Positions 41,950 through 57,444 of a stretch of 64,000 nt of DNA are shown here, in pieces. Source of the DNA: Eledone cirrhosa (lineage: Eukaryota); NCBI GenBank assembly GCA_964016885.1, contig OZ024742.1:216938001-217002000 (forward strand), read 5' to 3'. The notes beneath the pieces were generated by a model. That model ran no database searches. It was not told where the DNA came from and was given only the letters and a program-made list of their open reading frames with translations. Positions within the stretch are counted from its first letter, which is position 1; each line of letters begins with the position of its first letter. Position numbers and translations under genes: made by a program.

Positions 41950-42140
41950 TTGCTTAGCCCCGGTCAGCCCTGATAGAGCTAATCTATGGTCAAAGGTATT
42001 CCAGCTATGATTATCTCAACTTTCCTTCAGATATAGTTTATCTAGTACTTCACTCCCTAGTGTGTCTTTTTTTTTTAAAGTGGTAGGATGTAAATTAATG
42101 TTTATGTAGCTGCTCTCTTTAGCACAGCGAGTGTAGGGGA
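41950..42140 (+). mobile_element. Old SINE-like family (related remnants at about 3595-3770 +, 31030-31240 -, 39105-39170 +)
   Basis: Shared CCCTGAT..AGC..ATCTATGRTCAAAGG..TTCCAGC and GCT..T.T.TCTAGCAGG.YGAG segments. Confidence 0.45.
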
Positions 42141-42599
42141 GCTTGAATGTCTGCATATCAGGTAGATGGCTTATGACACGTTTCTTTTATGCGAAGAATT
42201 GAAAGAGAGTAAACGTTTTAATGACCAAAATGGCTCCGGCTGTTAATACCTATTAACAGTGTAAACCAAATGTTATATCAACTAGAAAATAAAAAGGAAA
42301 GAGAAAGCTGTATGATTACCCTGGTGCTAAATGCTTTCTTTGCATCTTTTGACCTGACACAAAAATACTATGGGAGTGATAAATTGTTGTAGTGTTGTGT
42401 TCTTGTAGGAACTGAGTCGCAACTAAAGTTCTGTTTTCCTGATAAACAGCTCTTTCAATTTTCCAGAGAATTGTAATAATGACATAACTCACCGTTTATC
42501 TTCACTTACTTCTATGATCATATAGCTTAATTTAAAAAATGGCTAATACTTAAAATCAAGAAGAAAATATTTACCGTCAAAGTCACTCTTTCGTTTTTC

Positions 42600-43700
42600 G
42601 GTTAAAGAAAATAGAAATTGAACCAAAAAGATAAGATGTGAACAAAATTGCCAATAAAAATCTACCTCGAATGGTTGAAATACAGATAAGAGGCGCTTTC
42701 ACAGATAATCTCCAGGTTATCTCAGATGGCATTGATAAAGTGTATCTATTTTTCAAAGTAACAACAATATGTCTGCTTGAAGCTCGGAGGCAAACGATGG
42801 GAAATAGAAGCTATCTGTGAACAAAGGCGAAAGGCCAGAATAGATATGTTGAAAACTACGAGCAGTATTGTCAAAATTGAACGATGCAAAGAATCCAACA
42901 AAGCTGTCAAAACAGCGAGCAAAATTCAAAAGAATAATAAGGAACAAGACAAGATAGAATAACCAGAAGCTGATCTCAAGAACAATAATAGCTACAAACC
43001 TTTCAAAGGAGTTCGTGAAATTGAGGGCAGAGAGCAGAAATACATAGAGTGTAAATAAAGATAAAGACAATAAAATGGATGCAAACACAGCTGACGTACT
43101 TCAATGCTGGAGAGATCATTTCATTTAGAACAACTTAACAGTAAATTTTCACTCAACCCGGATACAATATCAGAACCCCCGAATCCTTCATCTGTTGCAG
43201 ATATTCATGCAGAAATACCTAAAGAAGGAATAAAGAGCATTGAAAACAATAAAGTTCACAGTATAGATGAAATCAGTGATAAAGCACGACAAGCACACCA
43301 GGAGGACATGGCTAATATGATACACACAATATTCAACATAGCGTAAAAAAAAAGACAGAAAATACCCGTTTGCTGGTCACACCGCATATACAAAGGGTGG
43401 TAAGCCAAAACCCGAAAATACAGATCGATTTCTCGTTTTTCAATAACGTGAAATGTGTTTAATATAATTTTATACCTAGTAGAGGCACAGCTGATACGAT
43501 TTTTATAGCCTAACAGATAACTGAAGAAAAAAAACTAAAGCTAAATGTGAAATGCCTTTACATATTGACTTCTTCGACTTTAAAGACACCTTTGCACGAT
43601 CAGTCGGAAAGCCATATCATGACAGCAATAAGTGGTGACACTAACATATTGGGAATTATTGGGATGCTATACAACAATACGAAGTGTACAACAAAACGGT
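42600..43700 (+). pseudogene. Heavily decayed non-LTR RT fragment (RTE-like)
   Basis: Remnants CWRDHF, IKSIENNKVHSIDEI (cf. LKNNKAPGID), KGGKPKPEN (cf. KKGD..PENYR), FFDFKDTF (cf. FVDFK.AFD). Confidence 0.65.
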
Positions 43701-43942
43701 AAAAACAGTCGATTGCTATAAATAATAGCTAAGAAAATCGGGTAAAATACCCCTATGGACTGTAAAAAAAAACAAGAAATGTTCAAATAATATTATTTGA
43801 TTGTAGTTGGTAGTTTACTATATGAATTTGACTAGTTTATATATATATTATGTAGGTCTATTACAATATATATATATATACATATGTGATGTTGGCGGAC
43901 GTGACGAGAGAATGAATACTCGGTACCGAAGTAGAATTTAAT

Positions 43943-44133
43943 AATTGTTTCTACTTTTGGCACAAGGCCAGCAATTATCCCAGTGTATTTCTGGTACTTT
44001 ATTTTATCGACGCCGTAAGGATGAAAGGCAAAGTTAACCTCGGCGGGATTTGAACTCAGACCATAAAGGGCCGTAACTCTTTGCTGCAAAGCATGGCGTC
44101 CAACCCTCTACCGATACTGCCAATTCACCGCCT
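43943..44133 (-). mobile_element. Meta-domain SINE, full length
   Basis: Reverse complement of the family consensus. Confidence 0.85.
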
Positions 44134-44285
44134 TATCCTTTATTATAGCTTAGACTGTCTGATTATCCTGTGAGTACACAGACGAAACACGAGTGTAACA
44201 ATACTTATTACTTTACCACAGAGAATATTATACATGCATATGTACACACACATACACACACATATATATATAAATATATATATAC

Positions 44286-44316
<31 letters not shown>

Positions 44317-44370
44317 CATATATATATATACATATATATATGTATATACATATATATATATATACGTACA

Positions 44371-44699
44371 TAGATTTTGAGTTTATGTTGGTTGTATACC
44401 AACACCTCGGTATGCAGGCTGGAGCACTCGACGAAGTGCGCAGGTTGGTTTGGTTACTCCGGAGTAGTGTAAAATAAAGTTAAATAAAAGTCAAATGATT
44501 AAAATTTAGCTTCGTTTATTACTGCTATATATATTTCAGTGACAACCATCTTTGGCTGTGACCTCTTCAGGCAGTTTGAATTACTAATTCAAACTGCCTG
44601 AAGAGGTCACAGCCAAAGATGGCTGTCACTGAAATATATATAGCAGTAATAAACGAAGCTAAATTTTAATCATTTGACTTTTATTTAACTTTATTTTAT
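44371..44699 (-). mobile_element. Fold-back + tail element, family Y (copy 2)
   Basis: Near-perfect palindrome about 44470-44698 centred on about 44584; tail 44371-44469. Confidence 0.9.
44593..44647 (+). ncRNA. Hammerhead ribozyme, family Y (mirror copy 44521-44575)
   Basis: actgc-CTGAAGA-ggtc acagcc aaagat ggctgt cact-GAAA-tatata-TA-gcagt; stem I is perfect. Confidence 0.82.
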
Positions 44700-44731
44700 A
44701 TGCGTACATATATATATACATATATATATAC

Positions 44732-47030
44732 ATACATAATATATAAGAACAAAAGATGGTTAAAAGAGTTCCATGTAATTTATTATGCGCATTTCAAAAA
44801 CAAATATCATCATGCAATAATATTTGAGTTTTCATCAGATAAAACAGGAAGACATGATATCAAGGTTAAAAAACACTTGTGGATAGTTCAGTTTTAAATC
44901 AACATATGAGAAGTAGTTTTAGATTGATGTGTGATATTGGGAAAAATATTTTATTTGGGGGGGGGGTGAAAAAGAGGAGGAGATGAGAGTAAAAAGTGGA
45001 GAGGGAGGAGTATAATGAGGAAGGATGAGATAGGAGGAGAGATGGGTGATAGAGAGAGAGATATAGCTTTTATAACTGAGAAAGATATATATTGTTTTAC
45101 ACAGAGAGGTTGAAAACCGTTGGAAGATAATGTATAAATTAAAAGAATTTGAAAATTAACGAAGAGAAAAATAATGTAAAGTTAAGGTTTGTATATTGAG
45201 GGGTTTAATATGTGCGATGAAAAGAAAATGTTAATATGTATTAAGAATAATATTTAAGGGTTTAATAACATGTGTGATGGAAAGAAAAAGTTAATATGTA
45301 TTAAGAATGATATTTAAGGGTTTAATAATATGTGCGATGGAAAGAAAATTTTGATATGTATTATTAAAAAGAACAACAGGTAATTTAAGTAAGGATATAT
45401 TGTGAGATGAGCATGAATTAGTTAGATGAAAGGGAGAAAAGAATAATGAATTGAGGATGAATAATCTAACGTCAAAAAAATGTTTATGTTTACGAAGGAT
45501 TTTTACAAGGTGATATAGAGTAAGAATGTATTGTATTATGTAATAATTGATTCTATGTTAGGCAACAGTGAGAAAAGGTACAGATTAGGGGTTAGACATT
45601 AAAAGAAAAAGAGAAGAAAGGGAAGTGATAAATAGGAGCGATATAGAATGAGTAACAAGTATTATAGAATGTATAATAACCTTTGAAATAAGGTAGAAAG
45701 ATGGGTATATTTTTAAAGAAGTGTATATATATATGTGCCTTTGAGAAAAAGATTCTAAATTGATAAAGATTTGGATATTAGCTGTATACTTTGTGGAATG
45801 TTTTGTGGAATTTATGCAAACAGATAGAAAACAAGTCAGTGCGTCTATTTATTATAGAATCTAAATTAGATATAATGACTTATATATGACTTGTTTTCTA
45901 TCTGCTTGCATAAATTCCACAAAACATTCCACAAAGTATACAGCTAATATCCAAATCTTTATCAATTTAGAATCTTTTTCTCAAAGGCACATATATATAC
46001 ATTTCTTTAAAAATATACCCATCTTTCTACCTTATTTCAAAGGTTATTATACATTCTATAATACTTGTTACTCATTCTATATCGCTCCTATTTATCACTT
46101 CCCTTTCTTCTCTTTTTCTTTTAATGTCTAACCCCTAATCTGTACCTTTTCTCACTGTTGCCTAACATAGAATCAATTATTACATAATACAATACATTCT
46201 TACTCTATATCACCTTGTAAAAATCCTTCGTAAACATAAACATTTTTTTGACGTTAGATTATTCATCCTCAATTCATTATTCTTTTCTCCCTTTCATCTA
46301 ACTCATTCATGCTCATCTCACAATATATCCTTACTTAAATTACCTGTTGTTCTTTTTAATAATACATATCAACATTGTCTTTCCATCGCACATATTATTA
46401 AACCCTTAAATATTATTCTTAATACATATTAACATTTTCTTTTCATCGCACATATTAAACCCCTCAATATACAAACCTTAACTTTACATTATTTTTCTCT
46501 TCGTTGATTTTCAAATTCTTTTAATTTATACATTATCTTCCAACGGTTTTCAACCTCTCTATGTAAAACAATATATCTTTCTCAGTTATAAAAGCTATCT
46601 CTCTCTCTCTCTCTATCACCCATCTCTCCTCCTATCTCATCCTTCCTCATTATACTCCTCCCTCTCCACTTTTTACTCTCATCTCCTCCTCTTTTTCATC
46701 CTTTCCACCCACCCACCCCTCAAAATAAAATATTTTTCCCAATATCACACATCAATCTAAAACTACTTCTCATGTGTTGATTTAAAACTGCACTATCCAC
46801 AAGTGTTTTTTAACCTTGATATCATGTCTTCCTGTTTTATCTGATGAAAACACAAATATTATTGCATGATGATATTTGTTTTTGAAATGCGCATAATTAA
46901 TTACATGGAACTCTTTTAACCATCTTTTGTTCTTATATATTATGTATACTCCAGTCCTACAAACAGTAGAGTGCTTCTTATCCGATATCTGCATTGCTTT
47001 ATTGTACTACAATAAAACTCACCTCCTACA
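44732..47030 (+). mobile_element. Large PLE-type fold-back (~1.1-kb arms) with tail, in (TA)n
   Basis: 44732-45838 is the reverse complement of 45887-46947; tail 46948-47030. Confidence 0.9.
44778..44845 (-). ncRNA. Hammerhead ribozyme (mirror copy 46835-46901, plus)
   Basis: tttat-CTGATGA-aaact caaatatt attgcatgat gatatttg ttttt-GAAA-tgcgca-TA-ataaa. Confidence 0.85.
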
Positions 47031-47106
47031 TATATACATACATATATATGTATATATATATATATATGTATATATATATGTATATATATATGTATATATA
47101 TATATA

Positions 47107-47187
<81 letters not shown>

Positions 47188-47222
47188 GTATATATATATG
47201 TATATATATGTATATATATATG

Positions 47223-47257
<35 letters not shown>

Positions 47258-47310
47258 GTATATATATGTATATATATATGTATATATATATATATGTATA
47301 TATGTATATG

Positions 47311-47359
<49 letters not shown>

Positions 47360-47364
47360 ATATA

Positions 47365-47407
<43 letters not shown>

Positions 47408-47410
<3 letters not shown>

Positions 47411-47547
47411 AACGAGTAGGACCCCGACGGCTGAGCTCAAGCCGTTTCGACGGCTAATTCTGGACATTCTACTACCACTCTACTACCCTAAGTATTGAGT
47501 ACTTTGGTGCGTTATGGTCCACCTGACTCCTTACCACATTTCCTCCG

Positions 47548-47549
<2 letters not shown>
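47408..47549 (+). mobile_element. Family X copy 4 (inverted arm joined almost directly to the tail)
   Basis: TAGGAACGAGTAGGACCCCGACGGCTGAGCTC... followed by CCACTCTACTACCCTAAGTATTGAGTACT. Confidence 0.85.
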
Positions 47550-47583
<34 letters not shown>

Positions 47584-48045
47584 ATACTTGGGGAGGGTCA
47601 TATTGTTGTAATAATATTGCCAGAAATAATAACAGAACACACTCACTGTTTGGTTGGTTTTCGCTTCTGTATCTTTTATATCTCCATAGTTAATTTATTT
47701 GGCAATCAATGTTTATCATTGATTACCAACGGTTAAAAATACAGACATAAATATATACATGTATATATATATAGTCTATCAAATTTCTTTCGTTGCAAAT
47801 ATGCAACATCCTTTTGTTCCCTCCTGTTGCATTGTAATGTCTACGCCATTTTTATTTTATTTATTTATTTATTCATTTATTTATTCTTGTCTCTGTGCAT
47901 GCGTTTGCGCGTGTGTATAATGTTTGGTGTGTCAGTTCGCTTTTGAGTGTAAGTGTTTTTGCATTGTTTTTGCATTCTATCTTTGTTTACTAGTGTGTGT
48001 CTATATGTGTTTGTTGTTATATATACATATATGTATATATACATT

Positions 48046-48106
<61 letters not shown>

Positions 48107-48131
48107 ACAGTATATATATATATATATATAT

Positions 48132-48311
48132 CAAAATGATTGCAGTAAAAACCTGTTAGACCATTACTCACCAGAGTACTCGATACTTGGGGTAGTAGAG
48201 TGTGAGAACATGAGAGAGTCGGACCCCGACGGCTGAGCTCTTCACGTTTTAACAGCTAGTTCCGAACTAGCTGTTGAAACGACAAGAACTCACCCGTCGG
48301 GGTCACGACTC

Positions 48312-48316
<5 letters not shown>
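48132..48316 (-). mobile_element. Family X copy 5 (diverged subfamily)
   Basis: Arms about 48208-48259 and 48265-48316; tail 48132-48207. Confidence 0.8.
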
Positions 48317-48363
<47 letters not shown>

Positions 48364-48486
48364 AAGTTCTAGTCCTGTAGAACCCATTTTTATATTAAAC
48401 CTTGCACATACTCTAGTATGTATTGAGTACCATACTTACAGTGGATTACCCCCGATTGAACCCGAGATACACACACACACACACAT

Positions 48487-48582
<96 letters not shown>

Positions 48583-48583
48583 A

Positions 48584-48707
<124 letters not shown>

Positions 48708-49489
48708 ACTAGACCTAAGTCTGATATATATATGATACTAGGGGGGAAATGCCGTTTTCCCTAGTGGAGTTCGTATAGAAAACTACCTACATTTATGGAA
48801 ACAAAATTAAACAGAATTCTTTTGAACAGTTGTTGCTGAGTTTTTGTTTATTGTAATTTTTACCGTTTATCTTTGATTCTAAAAGCTGTTTCCATTCTAG
48901 CTTTATTTGTTCATTGGCCGTCAAAGACAATCAACTCTCATCTTTTGATAGAAATCAACTAACCATTCAAGGCGATAAATCTAATTTTTCTATGATTAAA
49001 TCAAATTCATGGATATAACGGTTCTATAATTCGTACAACGTTGTGTTAAACGTAAAATTATTGAGTAAGAAAGATTAAATGATTATTATAGCTATTTTTA
49101 TTCTGTTACTCTTTAGCAAATTTTTTGTACTTGATTTCATTAAAAATGAGAATGAGAAAGACTAATTTGTTACCAATAGCAAGTTGTTACTGAAAGGTCA
49201 CCAGAGTTGTTAGCAATGATCTCTACAGAGGCAAGAATATAATTGAAATGAAAATTCATTCTTAGCGTTTTGTGTGTATTCTGAGATAAAGTAAAGACTC
49301 CCATTTTAAAAAGGCTTAATATTATTCTTAAATAACGATTCCTTGATTTACACTTTGTTTGCAAGAAATTAGTATACTATACAACACGAGATGTATATAT
49401 ACTAGGTGGCAGAAGAACAACTCTATCTTTAGACAAGTAGATATAGACTTTACTTCTGGTTCTGAATAATTTCTGAATACTTTGCAACC

Positions 49490-49582
<93 letters not shown>

Positions 49583-49732
49583 CATGTATATATATATATA
49601 TATATATAATATATATATATATGATATATATGTATGCTTATATATATATATACATATGATATATACATATACATATGATATATATATATATACACACACA
49701 CACGTATATATATATATATGATATATATATAT

Positions 49733-49774
<42 letters not shown>

Positions 49775-49803
49775 GATATATATAGATAGATAGATATATA
49801 CAC

Positions 49804-49882
<79 letters not shown>

Positions 49883-49901
49883 TATGTATATAGTACATAT
49901 A

Positions 49902-49932
<31 letters not shown>

Positions 49933-50340
49933 TATCTTGTTAGGAAGTAGTTCATCATCTCAGCGGGAATACAAGAAAAGCTGTCATAAAGGAATTAACT
50001 TCATATATACCTCAGGGCTGAACAGACATCCCAGAGTTCCAGAAGTAGCTCAAAATTCTAGAATTCATATTCAGTCACCTTCTCTGAAAATAACTTGATA
50101 AAAGATCTTGAAAAACCAAGGTTTACAATTAAAAAAAAATTGAAATCAACATACGGCAATGAGCATTATTAAAATATTAGAAATAGCATCTCGCTAATAT
50201 AATGGAAAATATTTCTTTGTGCAATGACCATTAGTAAAAAGCGAAATGATTAAGAAAAAATACACATATTCAGAGATGTAGTATAATTAAACACAGTGGT
50301 CTAAAACTAATGGACACTCGAAAATAGAGACATTATATAC

Positions 50341-50375
<35 letters not shown>

Positions 50376-50392
50376 CATATATATATACATAT

Positions 50393-50461
<69 letters not shown>

Positions 50462-50508
50462 TATATACATATTTATATATACATATATACATACATATAT
50501 ATATATAC

Positions 50509-50571
<63 letters not shown>

Positions 50572-50622
50572 CATATATATATACATATATATATATACAT
50601 ATATATATACATATATATATAC

Positions 50623-50739
<117 letters not shown>

Positions 50740-50756
50740 CATATATATATACATAT

Positions 50757-50828
<72 letters not shown>

Positions 50829-51085
50829 TATAATTATATATATCACATAAATAACATGCACAATTAGACTCATGCTGTTCACCACTTCGGTGAAAGAACA
50901 AAAATAGTTGTCACAACGTTTAATATACGATTTAGTGATAAAATGGCGGAGAGGAGTAACCGAAAGTTCTAGAACTTGTGTACGGTTTCTTTCGCTTTAA
51001 ATAACTTTACAAAAGAGCTCGAAAAACCGATATCCACAATAAAAATAGTTTACAATCAACTTAGGTATATACCTGTGTATATATA

Positions 51086-51165
<80 letters not shown>

Positions 51166-51193
51166 AATATATATGTGTATATATATATATGTG

Positions 51194-51282
<89 letters not shown>

Positions 51283-51351
51283 ATATATATATGTATATAT
51301 ATATATATACATATATATGTATATGTATATATATATACATACACACACATA

Positions 51352-51431
<80 letters not shown>

Positions 51432-51528
51432 CATATATATTTATATATATATGTATATATATATATATATATACATACATATATATATATATATATACAT
51501 ATATCCATACATACATATATATACATAT

Positions 51529-51559
<31 letters not shown>

Positions 51560-51590
51560 AATATACATATATACATACATACATATATAC

Positions 51591-51655
<65 letters not shown>

Positions 51656-51894
51656 TATACATATACGTGTACATATGAATGTATGTGTGTGAGCAGTTGT
51701 ATGGAAGAAGAAGTCTAAAGAGGAAATATGAAAACACACTTGTTGTTTGGACTATGTTAGCGTTCTCGACAGTGAAGTAAATAGAACAGTTGAGTTCCTC
51801 TTTTGATATCAGACCAGGCTTTCATCTCTTTTGTCGTATCCGACTGTTCTTTATGTTGGGAAATCATGACTTGAGAAATAAAGATATGTCTATG

Positions 51895-52265
51895 TGTTTG
51901 TTGTTGTTGTTGCTGTTGTTGTTGTTGTTCTTGTTGTTGTTCTTGTTGTTGTTGATGACGATGACGATGATGATGATGATGATGATGATGATGAGATGTG
52001 GGATGTGGTGGTGGTGGTGGTGGTGTTGGTGGTGGTGATGATGATGATTATGGTGATGATGATGATGATGATGATGATGATGTGGTGATGTGGTGGTGGT
52101 GGTGGTGGTGTTGGTGGTGGTGATGATGATGATGATTATGGTGATGATGATGATGATGATGATGATGACGATGATGATGATGATGATGAGATGATGATCA
52201 TCATCATGATTATGGTGATGATGGCGGTGGTGGTGGTGGTGGTGGGTGGGTGATGATTATGATGA

Positions 52266-52299
<34 letters not shown>

Positions 52300-52428
52300 G
52301 GTGGTGGTGGTGGTGGTGGTGGTGGTGGTGGTGGTGGTGGTGGTGGTGGTGGTGGTGGTGGTGGTGGTGGTGGTGGTGGTGGTGGTGGTGGTTGCGGTGG
52401 TGATGATGATGATGATGATGATGATGAT
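51895..52428 (+). repeat. Compound (GTT)/(GAT)/(GGT) trinucleotide repeats
   Basis: Direct observation. Confidence 0.95.
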
Positions 52429-54288
52429 TGCCTTTATTGGCCACAAGAGCTCAAATTGTTGGAGAGAGTACCTAGGGAACAAGGAACAGTGGAATATAAA
52501 CTGAATAAAAAGCTGGGTTCAGCAATAACAACAGAGACGTATTAATAAATATGTAATAATAAATAAAATTAACTGTTCAGAGCAAAGTAGGAACGTAGAA
52601 AACTGTCCAAACATCGTGGAGAAATCATGACCTTTAATTACCCTGACACACCAAAAGTTGTCCCTTCTCCCAGTTCACGCCACTAGCATACAGACAATAC
52701 ATGGATTTAACGGAGAAATTGATATGAGATTACGGTTATAAAAATGCGCCTAAACAAACTTATTAAAAAAAAATTAAAATACCTAATATCATGCTAAATA
52801 AATAAATTGAGACGAGAGAATTATACCAAACACAGACATGCAAATACTTGGAAATCAGTGAACTTGACAGCGTACAACACACGCAAAGGAAAGACAAGAC
52901 TAAAAAGAAATATCATAGACGTAATTGATTAATACTTAAAACAGAGCTTAATGCAAAAACGAAGTTAATACATGTCAATACTCTGTCTCAGTAATACATA
53001 CATATATACATACATACATACATACATACATACTCTGTCTCAGTAATACATACATACATACATACATAAATACTCTGTCTCAGTAATACATACATACATA
53101 CATACGTACATACATACATACATACATACATACATACATACATACATACATACATACATACATACATACACACATACATACATAAATACATACATACATA
53201 CATACATACTCTGTCTCAGTAATACATACATACATACATACATACATACATACATACATACATACATACATACATACATACATACATACATACATACATA
53301 CATACATACGTACGTACATACTCTGTCTCAGTAATACATACATACATAATACATACATACATAAATACATACATACATACATACGTACATACTCTGTCTC
53401 AGTAATACATACATAGATACATACATACATACATACATACATACATACATACATACATACATACATACATACATACATACATACATACATACATACATAC
53501 GTACGTACATACTCTGTCTCAGTAATACATACATACATAATACATACATACATAAATACATACATACATACATACGTACATACTCTGTCTCAGTAATACA
53601 TACATAGATACATACATACATACATACATACATACATACATACATACGTACATCATCTGTCTCAGTAATACATACATATATACATATATACATACGTACA
53701 TACTCTGTCTCAGTAATACATACATATATACATACATACGTACATACTCTGTCTCAGTAATACATACATATATACATATATACATACGTACATACTCTGT
53801 CTCAGTAATACATACATACATACATACATACATACATACATACATACATACATACATACATACGTACATACTCTGCCTCAGTAATACATACATACATACA
53901 TATATACATACATACTCTGTCTCAGTAATTCATACATGTATACATATATACATACGTACATAATCTGTCTCAGTAATACATACATATATACATACATACA
54001 TACATACATACATACATACATACATACATACATACATACATACATACATACTCTGTCTCAGTAATACATACATACGTACATACTCTGTCTCAGTAATACA
54101 TACATATATACATATATACATACGTACATACTCTGTCTCAGTAGTACATACATACGTACATACATACATACATACATACATACACACATACATACATACA
54201 TACATACATACATACATACATACATACATACGTACGTACATACATACATACATACATACACACATACATACATACATACATACATACA

Positions 54289-54322
<34 letters not shown>

Positions 54323-54484
54323 CATATATACATACGTACATACTCTGTCTCAGTAGTACATACATACGTACATACATACATACATACGTACATACATACA
54401 TACATACATACATACATACATACATACATACATACATACATACATACATACATACATACATACATACATACATACATACATACA

Positions 54485-54555
54485 TCTTTTACAACCTTGC
54501 CACCAGGAAGGTGGCCGGTCAAAAAAATATACTCGAAATTAAGAGAAAGAGAAAA
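54485..54555 (+). mobile_element. 3' stub of the (CATA)n-associated RLE element
   Basis: Matches about 57808-57874 (ACAACCTTGCCACC.GGAAGGTGGCCGG...AGAGAAAA). Confidence 0.85.
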
Positions 54556-54573
54556 CATACATACATACATACA

Positions 54574-54605
<32 letters not shown>

Positions 54606-54606
<1 letters not shown>

Positions 54607-55133
54607 GGTGGCTGCCAACTCGTTTTTGTGTATGGCCACTACTTTATATCCATGTAGGAGAACCCCTACCGATGCGCTGAACGAGTGTGACTTCTTAGTC
54701 CAGCCAGCAACTTGAAAACTCTGGTACAAACACTACACTTGTGACAATTATTGACACATAGTGCTGGGCCCATGGTACCATGTGACGACAAGTGGAGAGA
54801 GATCTCCAGATATAAAGCAATGCCTGTGCCATGAAGCTTTTATAGTGAGCAAAGGCACTGCACAAAGCCAGTCCCACAGAGTTTTCCTTCTCCTAGAATT
54901 CTGCCTTGACAAAGGCTAAGGGGTCATCTCTCCCGGTGATTTTGGATGGCCATTGACTCTTAAGAGCTCCTTTGCCCTTTGACAGGTTTTGTTTTTAGTC
55001 CTGCAGGATATCCAAAGTCACCCTCCTCACCAAGAAACCTTGGTGGGGTTGCCAGTTTAGTCGCCAACGACCCGACCATGAGACAGGTTGTACTGGAATA
55101 CATGTTACCAGTAGCACCAACTCGTGACCTGGC
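54606..55133 (-). mobile_element. Non-autonomous bipartite RTE-like element, internally deleted copy
   Basis: Near-identical to 56571-57180 but lacks ~80 bp. Minus strand carries CTGGCAACCCCACC and CTAGGAGAAGGAAAACTCTG, which resemble RTE 5' UTR motifs. Confidence 0.65.
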
Positions 55134-55822
55134 ATACATACATACATACATACATACATACATACATACATACATAATCTGTCTCAGTAATACATACATA
55201 TATACATACATATATACATACATACATACTCTGTCTCAGTAATACATACATATATACATATATACATACATACTCTGTCTCAGTAATACATACATACATA
55301 TATACATACGTACATACTCTGTCTCAGTAATACATACGTATATACATACATACGTACATACTCTGTCTCTGTAATACATACATATATACATACATACATA
55401 CATACATACATACATACATACATACATACATACATACATACATACGTACATACTCTGTCTCAGTAATACATACATACTTATATACATACATACATACATA
55501 CTCTGTCTCAGTAATACATACATATATACATACATACGTACATACTCTGCCTCAGTAATACATACATATGTACATATATACATACGTACATACTCTGCCT
55601 CAGTAATACATACACACATACATACATACATATATACATACATACATACTCTGTCTCAGTAATACATACATATGTACATATATACATACATACACACATA
55701 CATACATACATATATACATACATACATACTCTGTCTCAGTAATACATACATATGTACATATATACATACATACACACATACATATATACATATATACATA
55801 CGTACATACTCTGTCTCAGTAA

Positions 55823-55856
<34 letters not shown>

Positions 55857-56570
55857 CATACATACTCTGTCTCAGTAATACATACATGTATACATATATA
55901 CATACGTACATACTCTGTCTCAGTAATACATACATATGTACATATATACATACATACACACATACATACATACATATATACATACATACATACATACTCT
56001 GTCTCAGTAATACATACATACATACATACATACATACATACATACATACGTACATACTCTGTCTCAGTAATACATACACACATACATATATACATATATA
56101 CATACATACATACTCTGTCTCAGTAATACATACATATGTACATATATACATACATACACACATACATACATACATATATACATACATACATACATACTCT
56201 GTCTCAGTAATACATACATATGTACATATATACATACGTACATACTCTGTCTCAGTAATACATACATACATACATATATACATACATACATATATACATA
56301 CATACATATATACATACTCTGTCTCAGTAATACATACATATATAACATATATACATACATACGTACATACTCTGTCTCAGTAATACATACACACATACAC
56401 ACATACATACATACATACATACATACATACATACATACATACATACATACATACATACATACATACATACATACATACATACATACATACATACTCTGTC
56501 TCAGTAATACATACGTACATACATACATACATACATACATACATACATACATACATACATACATACATAC

Positions 56571-57180
56571 ATGGTGGCTGCCAACTCGTTTTCGAGTACG
56601 GCCACTACCTTATATCCATGTAGGAGAACCCCTACCGATGCGCTGAACGAGTGTGACTTCTTAGTCCAGCCAGCAACTTGAAAACTCTGGTACAAACACT
56701 ACACTTGTGACAATTATTGACACATAGTGCTGGGCCCATGGTACCATGTGACGACAAGTGGAGAGAGATCTCCAGATATAAAGCAATGCCTGTGCCATGA
56801 AGCTTTTATAGTGAGCAAAGGCACTGCACAAAACCAGTCCCACTCTCTTAACCAAGATGATATTTACCAAAAAGAAGAACAAGTCAACATCATTGGATAC
56901 CATCAGAGTTGCAGATGTTATATCAGAGTTTTCCTTCTCCTAGAATTCTGCCTTGACAAAGGCTAAGGGGTCATCTCTCCCGGTGATTTTGGATGGCCAT
57001 TGACTCTTAAGAGCTCCTTTGCCCTTTGACAGGTTTTGTTTTTAGTCCTGCAGGATGTCCAAAGTCACCCTCCTCACCAAGAAACCTTGGTGGGGTTGCC
57101 AGTTTAGTCGCCAACGACCCGACCATGGGACAGGTTGTACTGGAATACATGTTACCAGTAGCACCAACTGGTAACCTGAC
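56571..57180 (-). mobile_element. Non-autonomous bipartite RTE-like element
   Basis: As above; both ends abut (CATA)n. Confidence 0.65.
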
Positions 57181-57444
57181 ATACATACATACATACATAC
57201 ATACATACATACATACTCTGTCTCAGTAATACATACATACATACATACATACATACATACATACATGCATACATACATACTCTGTCTCAGTAATACATAC
57301 ATACATACATACATACATACATACATACATACATACATACATACATACATACTCTGTCTCAGTAATACATACATACATACATACATACATACATACATAC
57401 ATACATACATACATACATACATACATACATACATACATACATAC

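Noticed and set aside
44470-46947. Palindromes as assembly or fold-back read artefacts
   Set aside because: The arms differ by substitutions and indels, carry asymmetric tails, and the same families recur at separate sites. Long-read confirmation is still desirable.
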